Source: Methanopyrus kandleri AV19 (GTDB lineage: Archaea; JAADCQ01; Methanopyri; Methanopyrales; Methanopyraceae). From it: DNA of 32,000 bases. Shown piece by piece: positions 1 through 9,000 of this stretch. The stretch is from positions 630,001 through 662,000 of the forward strand of contig NC_003551.1 in assembly GCF_000007185.1 (NCBI RefSeq). Reading direction: 5' to 3'. The notes below the pieces were generated by a model, which was not told the origin of the DNA, searched no databases, and saw nothing but the letters and a program-made list of their open reading frames with translations. A program made the position numbers and the translations under genes. How positions within the stretch are numbered: position 1 is the first letter of the stretch; each line of letters starts with the position of its first letter.

Positions 1-332
1 ATCGAGGCGCCCGGAGCCTTCGGCTGTGGATCCACGAGCGTCCCGCTCCTACCCACACCGTGGCAGAACCCGAACACGGACTCCTCCGCAAGCCTTGAGG
101 CTACCCGGGCTTCCCTCTCCCCGATACGTGCCGCCTTGGGGTCCTTGTCGGTGTCCATCCTCGACAGCTCCCACAGGAACGTCGCGATGACGTCGTCCGG
201 CCAGCCCTCCTCCGGCATCCTACGCTCGCTGAGGAGTCGTTCCACGGGTTCCCTGTAGGAGTCGAGCACGGTACGCCCACGCTCCAGCATGTGGTCGGGG
301 ATGAGTCCCCGCATGTCCTCCGGGTCCAGCAA
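1..332 (-). CDS. spcS: O-phosphoseryl-tRNA(Sec) selenium transferase (SepSecS), N-terminal part; the gene runs off the left edge
   Basis: My minus-strand translation reads (L)LDPEDMRGLIPDHMLERGRTVLDSYREPVERLLSERRMPEEGWPDDVIATFLWELSRMDTDKDPKAARIGEREGRVASRLAEESVFGFCHGVGRSGTLVDPQPKAPGAS. The MDTDKDP...RIGEREGR...FCHG(V/I)GRSG.LVDPQPKA.GAS block is the N-terminal signature I recall for archaeal SepSecS. It is absent from the ORF track because it has no stop inside the window. The start is ambiguous: TTG at 332 or ATG at 314. Confidence 0.85.
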   Translation of the reverse strand, partial: MLDPEDMRGLIPDHMLERGRTVLDSYREPVERLLSERRMPEEGWPDDVIATFLWELSRMDTDKDPKAARIGEREARVASRLAEESVFGFCHGVGRSGTLVDPQPKAPGAS

Positions 333-690
333 GGTCGACACCCCGGTCGTCGAGCTACGTGGGAAGTCGAGAGCCGTCTCCCGTGAGGTACTCCTGGCGC
401 TCGAGGAGCTCGAGGAGCTGAACGTTAAAGTCGTGAGCGCTGGGGTCGACCTCGGCGAGGAGGACCGGCCCACGTTCTACGCGGCTCGATTCCTGGACCT
501 TCCCGAGCTCGAGGTCGACCGGAGAACGGCCGTCCGGTTGCTCCAGGGGGAGGAAATCCCGGTGGACGCGAGGCCGGGCCATTACCGGGTGATCGTCGGG
601 AACGTGGTCCTGGGTGTGGGGAAAGTCGGTCGTGACGGGAAACTCCGATGCCGTGCACCGAGGAAGTACGCGAGACTCAGGTTGTGGTGA
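289..690 (+). CDS. Small PUA-like / Nip7-like RNA-binding protein (putative)
   Basis: The C-terminal part, LEVDRRTAVRLLQGEEIPVDARPGHYRVIVGNVVLGVGKVGRDGKL, has the PUA-domain pattern (G..i....G..V.V......lGvGk). Its stop lies 3 nt before the ATG of the NOP2/Sun methyltransferase gene. Candidate starts are ATG 289, 301 and 313, and all overlap or abut the SepSecS start on the other strand. Confidence 0.5.
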   Translation: MWSGMSPRMSSGSSKVDTPVVELRGKSRAVSREVLLALEELEELNVKVVSAGVDLGEEDRPTFYAARFLDLPELEVDRRTAVRLLQGEEIPVDARPGHYRVIVGNVVLGVGKVGRDGKLRCRAPRKYARLRLW

Positions 691-693
691 GCG

Positions 694-1617
694 ATGAGGT
701 ACGTGGAAGAGTTCCGTGAGCGTTTGGAGCGGATCTTCGGTGACCGTGCCGAGGACGTGTACCGGTACCTGTTGGAGGGTCGTCCACCCACTTACGTCCG
801 GGTGAACACGCTGAAGGCGGACGTCGAGGAGGTTGTGGAGAACCTCGAAACGGCGGGAGTCGAGCTCGCCGAAACCCCACTATCGTACGCCTTCCGTGTC
901 CTCAGTAGTCCCGGGCCGCTGGGTTCCTCGCTGGAACACGTGGCCGGTTACCTTTACCTTCAGGACCTGGCTTCGATGGTCCCCCCGGAGCTCCTTGACC
1001 CGGAACCTCCGGGTCCCGTGATAGACCTGTGCGCGGCCCCCGGGAGCAAAACCACGCAGTTAGCACAGCTGCTCGGCGGCGAGGGCGTCGTACTGGCCGT
1101 CGACGCCGACCCTCGGCGCGTCCGGGCTCTGGTTCACAACGTGAACAGGCTGGGATGTGTCAACGTGATCGTGGCACACGCCGACGCGGCACGTCTGCGT
1201 ATCAGCGCCCCTTTCCTCCTGCTGGATCCCCCGTGCTCGGGTGAGGGCACCCTGCACCGAGATCCACACGCCCTACGTACCTGGACTCCGAAGAAACCCG
1301 GGAGGTTCGCCCGGACGCAGCTGCGCCTCCTGAGGGCCGCCCTGAGGATGCTGCCGCCGGGCGGCCGTCTGGTGTACTCGACCTGTACGTTCTCCGTCGA
1401 AGAGAACGAGCTGGTGATCCACGAGGCTCTAGGGAACGACGACAGGTACCGGATAGTCCCGTCCGTCCCACGGTGGCTCGAACCTCACACCGTCCCCGGG
1501 CTAACCGAGTGGGAAGGGAGGGAGCTCCGGGAGGACCTGAGGCACGCCTTCAGGATCGATCCGGCCAGCCTAGAATCCGACGGTTTTTTCGTCGCGGTAA
1601 TCGAGCGTCGCCACTGA
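694..1617 (+). CDS. NOL1/NOP2/Sun-family RNA (cytosine-C5)-methyltransferase
   Basis: Contains the SAM-binding motif DLCAAPGSKT, the catalytic motif IV LLDPPCSGEG and motif VI LVYSTCT. The 307-aa length fits archaeal Trm4/Nop2-like enzymes. Confidence 0.92.
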   Translation: MRYVEEFRERLERIFGDRAEDVYRYLLEGRPPTYVRVNTLKADVEEVVENLETAGVELAETPLSYAFRVLSSPGPLGSSLEHVAGYLYLQDLASMVPPELLDPEPPGPVIDLCAAPGSKTTQLAQLLGGEGVVLAVDADPRRVRALVHNVNRLGCVNVIVAHADAARLRISAPFLLLDPPCSGEGTLHRDPHALRTWTPKKPGRFARTQLRLLRAALRMLPPGGRLVYSTCTFSVEENELVIHEALGNDDRYRIVPSVPRWLEPHTVPGLTEWEGRELREDLRHAFRIDPASLESDGFFVAVIERRH

Positions 1618-1690
1618 CAATTTAGTGTACGACCGTCACCCTCCGAGTGGGACTTAATCACGTCCACCTCCACTCTCTGCGGGTGATCAC

Positions 1691-2797
1691 GTGGCAGGAG
1701 ACAACGAAGCGACCGAAGTCGACAAGCGCGATATCGCCCTACTCCGCGCCTTAGAGGGCCTGAGCAGGGCCTTCGAGTGGGTTCCCGAGGACAAGCTGCT
1801 GGAACGGTTGCCGATGGATTACTCGGAGCTGGCAACCCGGCTGGAGAAGCTGGATTCCCTGGGGCTGATCGATTACCGGTACATACCGACGTACCAGACC
1901 TACGCCGCCAGGATGAAGGAGCGGGCCTACGACACCCTCGCTCTGTGGGACATGAAGAAGCACGACGTCTACGAGCGGCTCGGAACGATCATAGGCGAGG
2001 GCAAAGAGGCGACGATCGTGAACGCGAAGGACCCTGAGGACGAGTGGGTGGCCATCAAACTGCACAGGTACCACGCCCCGGAATTCAGGAGGATCAAGAA
2101 GACGCTCGCGTACGCCGCCGTGAAGGTTCGCGGGGAAGAACTTCGGGTGGACGACCACCGCATCGACGTACCGCGCGCCAAGGCCCAGGTCGAGATGAAG
2201 GTGCTCCAGCGCCTCCACTCCAAGGGGTTCCCCGTACCGGGGCCCCGAGCCATCAACCGTCACGCGGTCGCCATGGACATGATCGAGGGGCACGCCCCGG
2301 GTATACCGGCCCCACTGCTCGCCAAGATCAAGGTTAAGAACCCCGAAGAGGCCCTCGAGGTTATCCTGGAGGACTACCGGGAGATCGTCCTGGAGGGCCA
2401 CTATGTCCACGGCGACTTCAGCGAGCACAACATCCTGGTTACACCTGACGGCGAACTGTACTACGTCGACTGGCCTCAGGCCGTGCCGATCGAGCACCCT
2501 TCCGCACCGAAGCTCTGCTACCGCGACCTCAAGAACGTAATCGAGCATTTCAGGCGTAAGTACAGGATCCGCGTCCCCGACCCGAAGGAAGTGTACGACG
2601 AGATAGCGGACGACCTCCAGTCGCTGATGGAGGAGAAGAAGGAGGAGTACGAACGGCACAAGAAAGCCGCCGAGAGAACCCTCGAGAGGTTCGAGGAGAG
2701 CGTCGAGCGGGTGGAAGGTAAGCGTGAAGGTCGTAAGGCCGGACCGACGGAGGACGAGGAGGACAGGGTTCCCGGAGGTGGTGATGGCGGAGGGTAA
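1691..2797 (+). CDS. rio2: RIO-type serine protein kinase Rio2 (N-terminal winged helix plus RIO domain, charged C-terminal tail)
   Basis: Kinase motifs are IGEGKEATIV (nucleotide loop), VAIKLHR, HGDFSEHNILV (catalytic loop) and YVDWPQAV (metal-binding loop). The GTG start is preceded by GGGTGATCAC, a strong Shine-Dalgarno-like sequence. Confidence 0.9.
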   Translation: MAGDNEATEVDKRDIALLRALEGLSRAFEWVPEDKLLERLPMDYSELATRLEKLDSLGLIDYRYIPTYQTYAARMKERAYDTLALWDMKKHDVYERLGTIIGEGKEATIVNAKDPEDEWVAIKLHRYHAPEFRRIKKTLAYAAVKVRGEELRVDDHRIDVPRAKAQVEMKVLQRLHSKGFPVPGPRAINRHAVAMDMIEGHAPGIPAPLLAKIKVKNPEEALEVILEDYREIVLEGHYVHGDFSEHNILVTPDGELYYVDWPQAVPIEHPSAPKLCYRDLKNVIEHFRRKYRIRVPDPKEVYDEIADDLQSLMEEKKEEYERHKKAAERTLERFEESVERVEGKREGRKAGPTEDEEDRVPGGGDGGG

Positions 2798-3431
2798 AAC
2801 CCCCGAGCAGGTCTCGGAGGCCCTGGAGGCGCTCCTACGGAGCGAGGGGATCGCGATAGCGTCCCGCGTCGATCCGGAGCTCCTCGACGACCTGGAGATA
2901 CCGGAGGACGCCGACGTGGAGTACGACGAGGCCGGTCGCGTCCTCGTGCTCAAGGATCCGGAGTACGAACCCCCATATCGGGGCGGACGAGTAGGGGCCG
3001 TCGCGGCGGGGACCTCCGACCTGCCCTACCTCTCCGAATGTGCCACCGTGCTGGAGGCGTTGGGGATCGAGGTGCACACGGAGATCGACGTGGGAGTGGC
3101 CGGTCCTCACCGACTCCTGGCCGCGGTTCGGAGGTTGCGGAAGTTCAGACCGCACGCGGTCGTGGCGGCGGCCGGGATGGACGGAACGATGCCGGTCGCC
3201 CTCAACGCGATGTTGGACGTTCCCGTCATCGGCTTACCCACCCCGGTCGGTTACGGGCTCGGGGGCTCCGGAGAAGCGGCGCTGCTCGGTATGCTACAAT
3301 CCTGCTCTCCCGGACTCGTCGTCGTGAATGTCGCCAACGGAATCGGTGCGGCGGCCGCTGCGGTTAAAATCGTCAGGGTGTGTCTGGAGGGGGAGAAACC
3401 ATCGAAGAAACCCAGAAACTCACGACGCTGA
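2724..3431 (+). CDS. larB: LarB-like PurE-related protein (pyridinium-3,5-biscarboxylic acid mononucleotide synthase family, COG1691)
   Basis: Contains RTGFPEVVMAEGKTPEQV and GTSDLPYLSECA...DVGVAGPHRLL...AAAGMDGTMPVAL...VIGLPTPVGYG...SCSPGLVVVNVANG, which matches the LarB/AIR-carboxylase-like fold signature. The GTG start at 2724 overlaps the Rio2 tail by 74 nt. The conserved TGFPEV motif is encoded inside that overlap, which supports the upstream start. Confidence 0.85.
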   Translation: MKVVRPDRRRTRRTGFPEVVMAEGKTPEQVSEALEALLRSEGIAIASRVDPELLDDLEIPEDADVEYDEAGRVLVLKDPEYEPPYRGGRVGAVAAGTSDLPYLSECATVLEALGIEVHTEIDVGVAGPHRLLAAVRRLRKFRPHAVVAAAGMDGTMPVALNAMLDVPVIGLPTPVGYGLGGSGEAALLGMLQSCSPGLVVVNVANGIGAAAAAVKIVRVCLEGEKPSKKPRNSRR

Positions 3432-4726
3432 GGGACGTGGAGGAGTACGTCGGAATACGGGAGCGGGTGATCGATCGAGGTGTCGGAGGGTCGTGCAGGG
3501 ACAGGGTGGAGGACTTCCTGGTCATGGAAAAGCCCTCGAGGAACACCTACATTCCCCTGACCATCGTCGGTGAGTGTCCCGAGTGCCGCGAGTACCACCG
3601 AGGGCGGGAGTGTCCCGAGTGCGGGCAGGATCTACGCCGACCGCGGCTTCGACCTCAGTTCGGGGGTCGCGGTCCACATACGCTGTTCTACCTGGAGAAG
3701 TACGACTGGGACACCATGAAGGCCGTACGTAGGATCGCACAGGCCTTGAGGAAGCACCACCGTCACTTCGGAATCGCCGGCATGAAGGACAAGCGGGCCG
3801 TCACCTCCCAGCGGGTAACCGTGCGGGGGGTACCTCCCGGAGTCCTGGCCCGGCTCAGGATCCGCGACCTCAAGATCGTACCGATGGGCCGTGCTCGACG
3901 CAAGCTACGTCCCGGAGACCTGTGGGGAAACAGGTTCGTTATCACCGTGCGTGGCGCGAAGGTACGTCGACTCCCCGAAGCCCTGAGGACGGTTCGGGAG
4001 CTCGGAGGCGTGCCCAACTACTACGGTCTCCAGCGGTTCGGCAGCCGACGCCCCGTCACCCACGTCGTCGGAAAGTACGTGGTACTCGAGGACTGGGAGA
4101 AAGCCGTCAAGACCTTCCTGACCCTCGAATACCCCCGCGAGTCACCTGAAGCCCTCGAGGCTCGACGGTGGTTGAAGGAACACTGGGGGGAGTTCAAGGA
4201 AGCACTACGGAGGTTCCCCAAGTTCCTCGACTACGAGCGTCACATCCTCGAGCACTTGGCCCGACATCCGCATGACTATATCAACGCCTTCCGTCGCCTA
4301 CCGATGTGGATACGTAGAATGTTCGTGCACGCTTACCAGTCGTACCTGTTCAACCGCATCCTCTCGGAGAGGATCGCCCGGGGTCTCCCGGTCCACCGGC
4401 CCGTCGAGGGGGACGTGACCCAGGACGGCCTGCCCACCGTCCCCCTCCCCGGGTTCCGCACGGAGCTCAGCGACGGCCCACAGGGCGAAATAGAGCGTGA
4501 GGTGTTGGAGGAGGAGGGCGTGAGGCTGGAGGATTTCGAAATAAAGAGCATGCCGGAGCTCTCGGCCGGCGGAGACCGGAAGCCGGCGTTGCTCCGAGTG
4601 TACGGGCTGCGTGCCGAGGCGATCGGTGACGATACCGTACGGTTCACGTTCTCGCTGCCTCGTGGCGGTTACGCGACCACCGTCCTGCGGGAGCTCTTAG
4701 GGTCGGAGGGAGTGTACGCCGACTAG
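3380..4726 (+). CDS. truD: tRNA pseudouridine synthase D (TruD/Pus7 family) with an N-terminal zinc-ribbon insertion
   Basis: Contains the catalytic-Asp motif GIAGMKDKRAVTSQ, PNYYGLQRFG and the N-terminal VGG....VEDFLV.E block. The start is either GTG 3380 (overlapping larB) or GTG 3437 (6 nt after the larB stop). Confidence 0.9.
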   Translation: MSGGGETIEETQKLTTLRDVEEYVGIRERVIDRGVGGSCRDRVEDFLVMEKPSRNTYIPLTIVGECPECREYHRGRECPECGQDLRRPRLRPQFGGRGPHTLFYLEKYDWDTMKAVRRIAQALRKHHRHFGIAGMKDKRAVTSQRVTVRGVPPGVLARLRIRDLKIVPMGRARRKLRPGDLWGNRFVITVRGAKVRRLPEALRTVRELGGVPNYYGLQRFGSRRPVTHVVGKYVVLEDWEKAVKTFLTLEYPRESPEALEARRWLKEHWGEFKEALRRFPKFLDYERHILEHLARHPHDYINAFRRLPMWIRRMFVHAYQSYLFNRILSERIARGLPVHRPVEGDVTQDGLPTVPLPGFRTELSDGPQGEIEREVLEEEGVRLEDFEIKSMPELSAGGDRKPALLRVYGLRAEAIGDDTVRFTFSLPRGGYATTVLRELLGSEGVYAD

Positions 4727-4887
4727 TACTCGTAGAAGGCGGCGCTACCGCACTCCTCGCACAGCCCCGCGAACCGCAGCTTTCCACGCTCTCGCTTGGC
4801 CCTCTTGTACTCCTCCTTCGTGCAGTTCGGACAGACCACCGCGGGGTCGTTGGGCGACACGATCGGTACGTGAGAGCTCTTCACCAT
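4723..4887 (-). CDS. Small zinc-ribbon protein, 54 aa, below the ORF-track size cut-off
   Basis: My translation is MVKSSHVPIVSPNDPAVVCPNCTKEEYKRAKRERGKLRFAGLCEECGSAAFYEY. Two CxxC pairs lie 20 residues apart. The ATG at 4887 is preceded by GGGGTGAT (Shine-Dalgarno-like) 5 nt upstream. It fills the otherwise empty gap between truD and trpD. Confidence 0.6.
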   Translation of the reverse strand: MVKSSHVPIVSPNDPAVVCPNCTKEEYKRAKRERGKLRFAGLCEECGSAAFYEY

Positions 4888-4929
4888 CCGGTATCACCCC
4901 CTACGTCGCCGTACCGGCCCACAACGCCG

Positions 4930-4950
4930 TAGGTAAGGTAAAAAGAAAAC
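4930..4950 (+). promoter_or_regulatory. Candidate A-rich TATA-like element (AGGTAAGGTAAAAAGAAAAC) upstream of trpD
   Basis: This is the only AT-rich patch in the 74-nt divergent spacer. It is centred about 20-25 nt upstream of the trpD GTG at 4962, so trpD could be leaderless or nearly so. There is no experimental support. Confidence 0.3.
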
Positions 4951-4961
4951 CGCCGCGGCTC

Positions 4962-5999
4962 GTGGTGGGGCGGCGCGGTTTGAGCGTCCTCGAGAGGATC
5001 ATCCGCGGATCGGATCTGGATCGGGAAGAGGCCCGCGATTTGATGTGTCGAATCGTCGGCGGTGAGCTTTCCGACGTTGAAGTAGCCGGTATCTTGGTGG
5101 CGCTACGCTGTAAGGGGTACACCTCGGAGGAACTCGTAGGTTTCGTCGACGGGATGATGGAGCACGCGGTGAAGGTGGATCCGGACGTCGAGAGACTCGT
5201 GGATACGGCCGGCACCGGTGGGGACGAACTGGACACCTTCAACGCCAGCACGCTGGCGGGGCTCACCGCGGCGGCGGCCGGCGTGCCCGTCGCGAAGCAC
5301 GGGAACCGCAGCGTCACCAGCGAGTGCGGTAGTGCCGACATCCTGGAGGCCCTCGGTGTGAACATCGAGGCGGATCCAGACACGGTTAAGCGCTGCATCG
5401 AAGAGGTTGGATTCGGATTCATGTTCGCGCCGAAGTTCCATCCCGCCATGAAGAACGTCATGCCGGTACGCCGTAAGCTGGGGATCCGAACTGTCTTCAA
5501 CGTCCTCGGACCACTCACCAACCCCGCCCGGGAGCGCGTTACCGGGCAGGTCATCGGTGTGTACTCGGAAAACCTGCTGGACCTCGTGGCCGGTGCCCTC
5601 GCGGAACTCGGGGTTCGGAGGGGACTCGTGGTTTACGGTTTAGACGGTGTTGACGAGCTGAGCGTCACCTGCGAGAACGAGGTGGTGTACGTGGACGACG
5701 GGGAGGTGACGGATAGGGACACGGTGGCCCCCGAAGACGTCGGACTGGATCGAGCCGATCCGAAGGACGTCGCGGGTGCGGATCCGGAGACCTCGGCCGA
5801 GGAAGCTCGGAAGATCCTGGGCGGTGAGCTGCCCGTCGACCACCCGAAGGTCCAGATGACGGCGTTCAACGCGGGTGCCGCTCTCTACGTCGGGGAAGCC
5901 GTCGATTCGTTGGAGAAGGGAATTCAGCGCGCACTGGACGTCCTGGAGGAGGGACGGGCTCTGGAAGTCCTGGAGAAGGTAGTCGACCTCTCCTCCTAA
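4962..5999 (+). CDS. trpD: Anthranilate phosphoribosyltransferase
   Basis: Motifs present are DTAGTGGD, AKHGNRSVTS, GSADILEALGV, FMFAPKFHPAMK and RTVFNVLGPLTNPA. Confidence 0.93.
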   Translation: MVGRRGLSVLERIIRGSDLDREEARDLMCRIVGGELSDVEVAGILVALRCKGYTSEELVGFVDGMMEHAVKVDPDVERLVDTAGTGGDELDTFNASTLAGLTAAAAGVPVAKHGNRSVTSECGSADILEALGVNIEADPDTVKRCIEEVGFGFMFAPKFHPAMKNVMPVRRKLGIRTVFNVLGPLTNPARERVTGQVIGVYSENLLDLVAGALAELGVRRGLVVYGLDGVDELSVTCENEVVYVDDGEVTDRDTVAPEDVGLDRADPKDVAGADPETSAEEARKILGGELPVDHPKVQMTAFNAGAALYVGEAVDSLEKGIQRALDVLEEGRALEVLEKVVDLSS

Positions 6000-6059
6000 C
6001 ACCTCGTACCCCGGACGATACGTTTCGGACTCTATAACGATTGGTGCGGGCGGGGGCGT

Positions 6060-9000
6060 TTACCCGCCGTAGTCCTCGATGTAGTCCTCCGGCTTCGGGG
6101 GCTCCGGCTTCAGACCCTTCCTCTCCCGGATCTCCCGAATGATCTGCTCCTCCAGCTCCTCGGGCACGCGCTCGTAGCCGGCGTGCTCGGTGGTCCAGAT
6201 CGCGCGACCCTCGGTGGCCGATCGGATGTCGTTCGCGAATCCGAACATCTCGGCCACGGGTGCCTTACCCTTGATGATGACGGTATCTCCCTCCTGCTGG
6301 ATCTCCTCGATAGTACCTCTACGTCCCTGTATCTCCTTGGTCACGGCACCCATGTAGTCCTGCGGTACGGTCACGTAGATGTACTGCATCGGCTCGAGCA
6401 GGTGCGTGTCGGCCAGCAGCATGCCGCCGTAGATCGCGCGCTTGATCGCCGGGATCACCTGAGCCGGACCTCGGTGTACGGGGTCCTCGTGGATCTCGGC
6501 GTCCACGAGGCTGACCTTCACTCCTCGGCACGGCTCCTTCGCCAGCGGACCCTCCTCCATGGCCTCCTCGAAGCCTTCGATCAGCAGCTCCATCACCTCG
6601 TTCAGGTACTGCAGACCCACGGTCTTGTCCAGGAAGAAGTTCGTACCCTTGACGGTCTCGACGGCCTTCGCGTCGTCCCGGTCCATACCGTACTCCATCA
6701 GCGTCTCCTCGAGCTCCTTCTTGCTCATCTCCTCCGGGTTGAACTTGCCCTCCTCGATGGCCTCCACGATCTCCTCCTCGACGGGCTCCACCGTCACGTA
6801 GAACTTGTTGTGCTTGTTCGGAGACTTGCCCTCGACCTCATCGTCACAGACTCCGAACACGCCCTCTCGGTACACCACGATCGGCTCCGAGACCTTGATG
6901 TCCACACCGCGCTCCTTGATCCTGTGGGCGATGATCTCTAGGTGCAGCTCGCCCATACCGGAGACCAGGTGCTGTCCGGTCTCCTCGTTGATCTCGACCT
7001 TGACCGTCGGGTCCTCCTTCGCGATCTGGTGCAGGATCTCGATCAGCTTGGGCAGGTCCTGCGTGTTCTTAGCCTCGACGGCCACGGTGACTACGGGCTC
7101 GGCGAAGTGCTGCAGCTCCTCGAACGGCTCGATCGGATCCTCCGGGTCGGTCACGGTCTCACCGGCCCACACGTCGCGCAGGCCGGTCACGGCCGCTATG
7201 TTACCCGCCGGCACCTCGTCCGTGCGGATACGGTCCGGTCCCATGTAGATACCTACCTGCTGCACTCGGGTCTCCTTCTTGGAGCTCGCCAGGTACACCT
7301 GCTGACCCTCGCGGATCGTACCGGAATATACCCGGCCCGTCGCCACCTCACCCGCGTGCTCGTCGATCCGGACGTCCGTCACGACCATGGCCAGCTTGCC
7401 GTTCGGGTCGCACTTCCTCAGCGTCTTACCGTCCTCGCTCTCCGGATCACCCGGCCAGATCTGCTCGATACGGTACTCCTGCGCCGTGACCGGGTCCGGG
7501 AGATGCTTGACCACCATGTCCAGCACTACCTGGTACACGGGAGCCTCCTGGGCCAGCTCCTTCTGCTTGTCCTGCTGACAGTACTCGATGATGTCCTTGA
7601 ACGTGATCCCGGTCTTCTCCATGAACGGGAAGCTGATACCCCAACCGTAGTACGCGCTTCCGAACGCCACGGAACCGTCCTCGACGCTCACCTTCCACTC
7701 GTCCTTGAACTCCTCGGGCGCCATCTGCTCGATCATCTTGTTGACCTCGGAGATGATCTCCAGGAACCGGTTCTGCATCTCCTCCGGGCTCAGCTTCAGC
7801 TCGTTGATCAGTCTGTCTACCTTGTTGATGTACAGTACCGGCCTCACGCGCTCTCGGAGAGCCTGCCGGAGCACGGTTTCCGTCTGTGGCATCACACCTT
7901 CGACCGCGCATACGACCACGATCGCGCCGTCCACGGCTCGCATGGCCCGGGTCACGTCACCCGAGAAGTCCACGTGACCGGGGGTGTCGATGAGGTTGAT
8001 CAGGTACTCCTCGCCCTCATACTCGTGCACCATGCTGACGTTCGCGGCGTCGATCGTGATACCTCGCTCCTGCTCCATCTCGTCGAAGTCCAGCACGAGT
8101 TGATCTCCGGCCAGCTCCTCCGAGATCATCCCGGCGCCGGCCAACAGCTGGTCGGATAACGTCGTGTTGTGCACCACGAACCCTTCGGCGGCGAAGTTGT
8201 GATGCTCTTCGACCGTGAAGTCGTACACGTAACCGTCGTACTCGACCTCCTCGACGCGTACCACCTCCAGGAAGCAGACGTCGTCCCTGGCGAGCGCCTT
8301 CAACCTCTCGAGTGCCTCACCCTCGACCCCGACCGCCTCCAGGGTGCTGATCACCTTCTCGAGGCTCGACTTAGTCAGGCCCACCTGGCCACCCTCGTAG
8401 TTCGAGTAACAGTTGAACATCCTCGTGGTTGGGACGTCACCGCGAACTTCCCGAAGGATTTCCCCGCTGATCGGTACCTTCTCGAGCTCCGAGGACGACG
8501 CCTTCTCCATCAGTTTCTTCAGCTTCTCCGCCTTCTCGGGCTCCCGGAAGCCCGGGAACCTCTCGAGCGACCGGGCGCCCGACACGTACAGGGTGTAGGC
8601 ACCGTCTCCCTCCCTGAGGTAGCTGGCCACGTCGAACTTCTGCAGGAGCAACTGGAGATCTTCCAGGAACTCCCGGCTCACGGAAGTCACCGATACCGCG
8701 CTCCGACCCTCCTCGACGGTACCGTCCGCGTCGAAGTACCCGCGGATGAACTCGGCGATGCAGTCCAACGGTGCCCTGGTCAGGAAGTCGTTGACCCGGA
8801 TCCTGTGGGCCTTCTTCCTCCTCGGGTAGTCGAAGAGTGCCTCCAGGATCCTCGGGACGGTCTCCGGGAAGTCAATCCGCGCGGTCTTGCCCTCATACCT
8901 TCGGACTCGGACCTCCAGACCCATGTCGCTCGCGATCCGCTTTACCTCCCCCTGAATGGCTTCGGACCCGTTGGTGAGCTGGTTCCAGCACCCGTCACCG

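Noticed and set aside
1751-2953. A 400-aa minus-strand ORF antisense to rio2.
   Set aside because: It is a shadow ORF. It shares wobble positions with the well-supported Rio2 frame. Its translation is low-complexity (R/S/L/V/P-rich) with no motifs. High GC at third codon positions suppresses stops on the antisense strand.
4901-5554. A 217-aa minus-strand ORF overlapping trpD.
   Set aside because: The trpD frame has all the family motifs. The antisense product is an S/T/P/A-rich low-complexity sequence. It would also collide with the small zinc-ribbon gene region without any ribosome-binding site.
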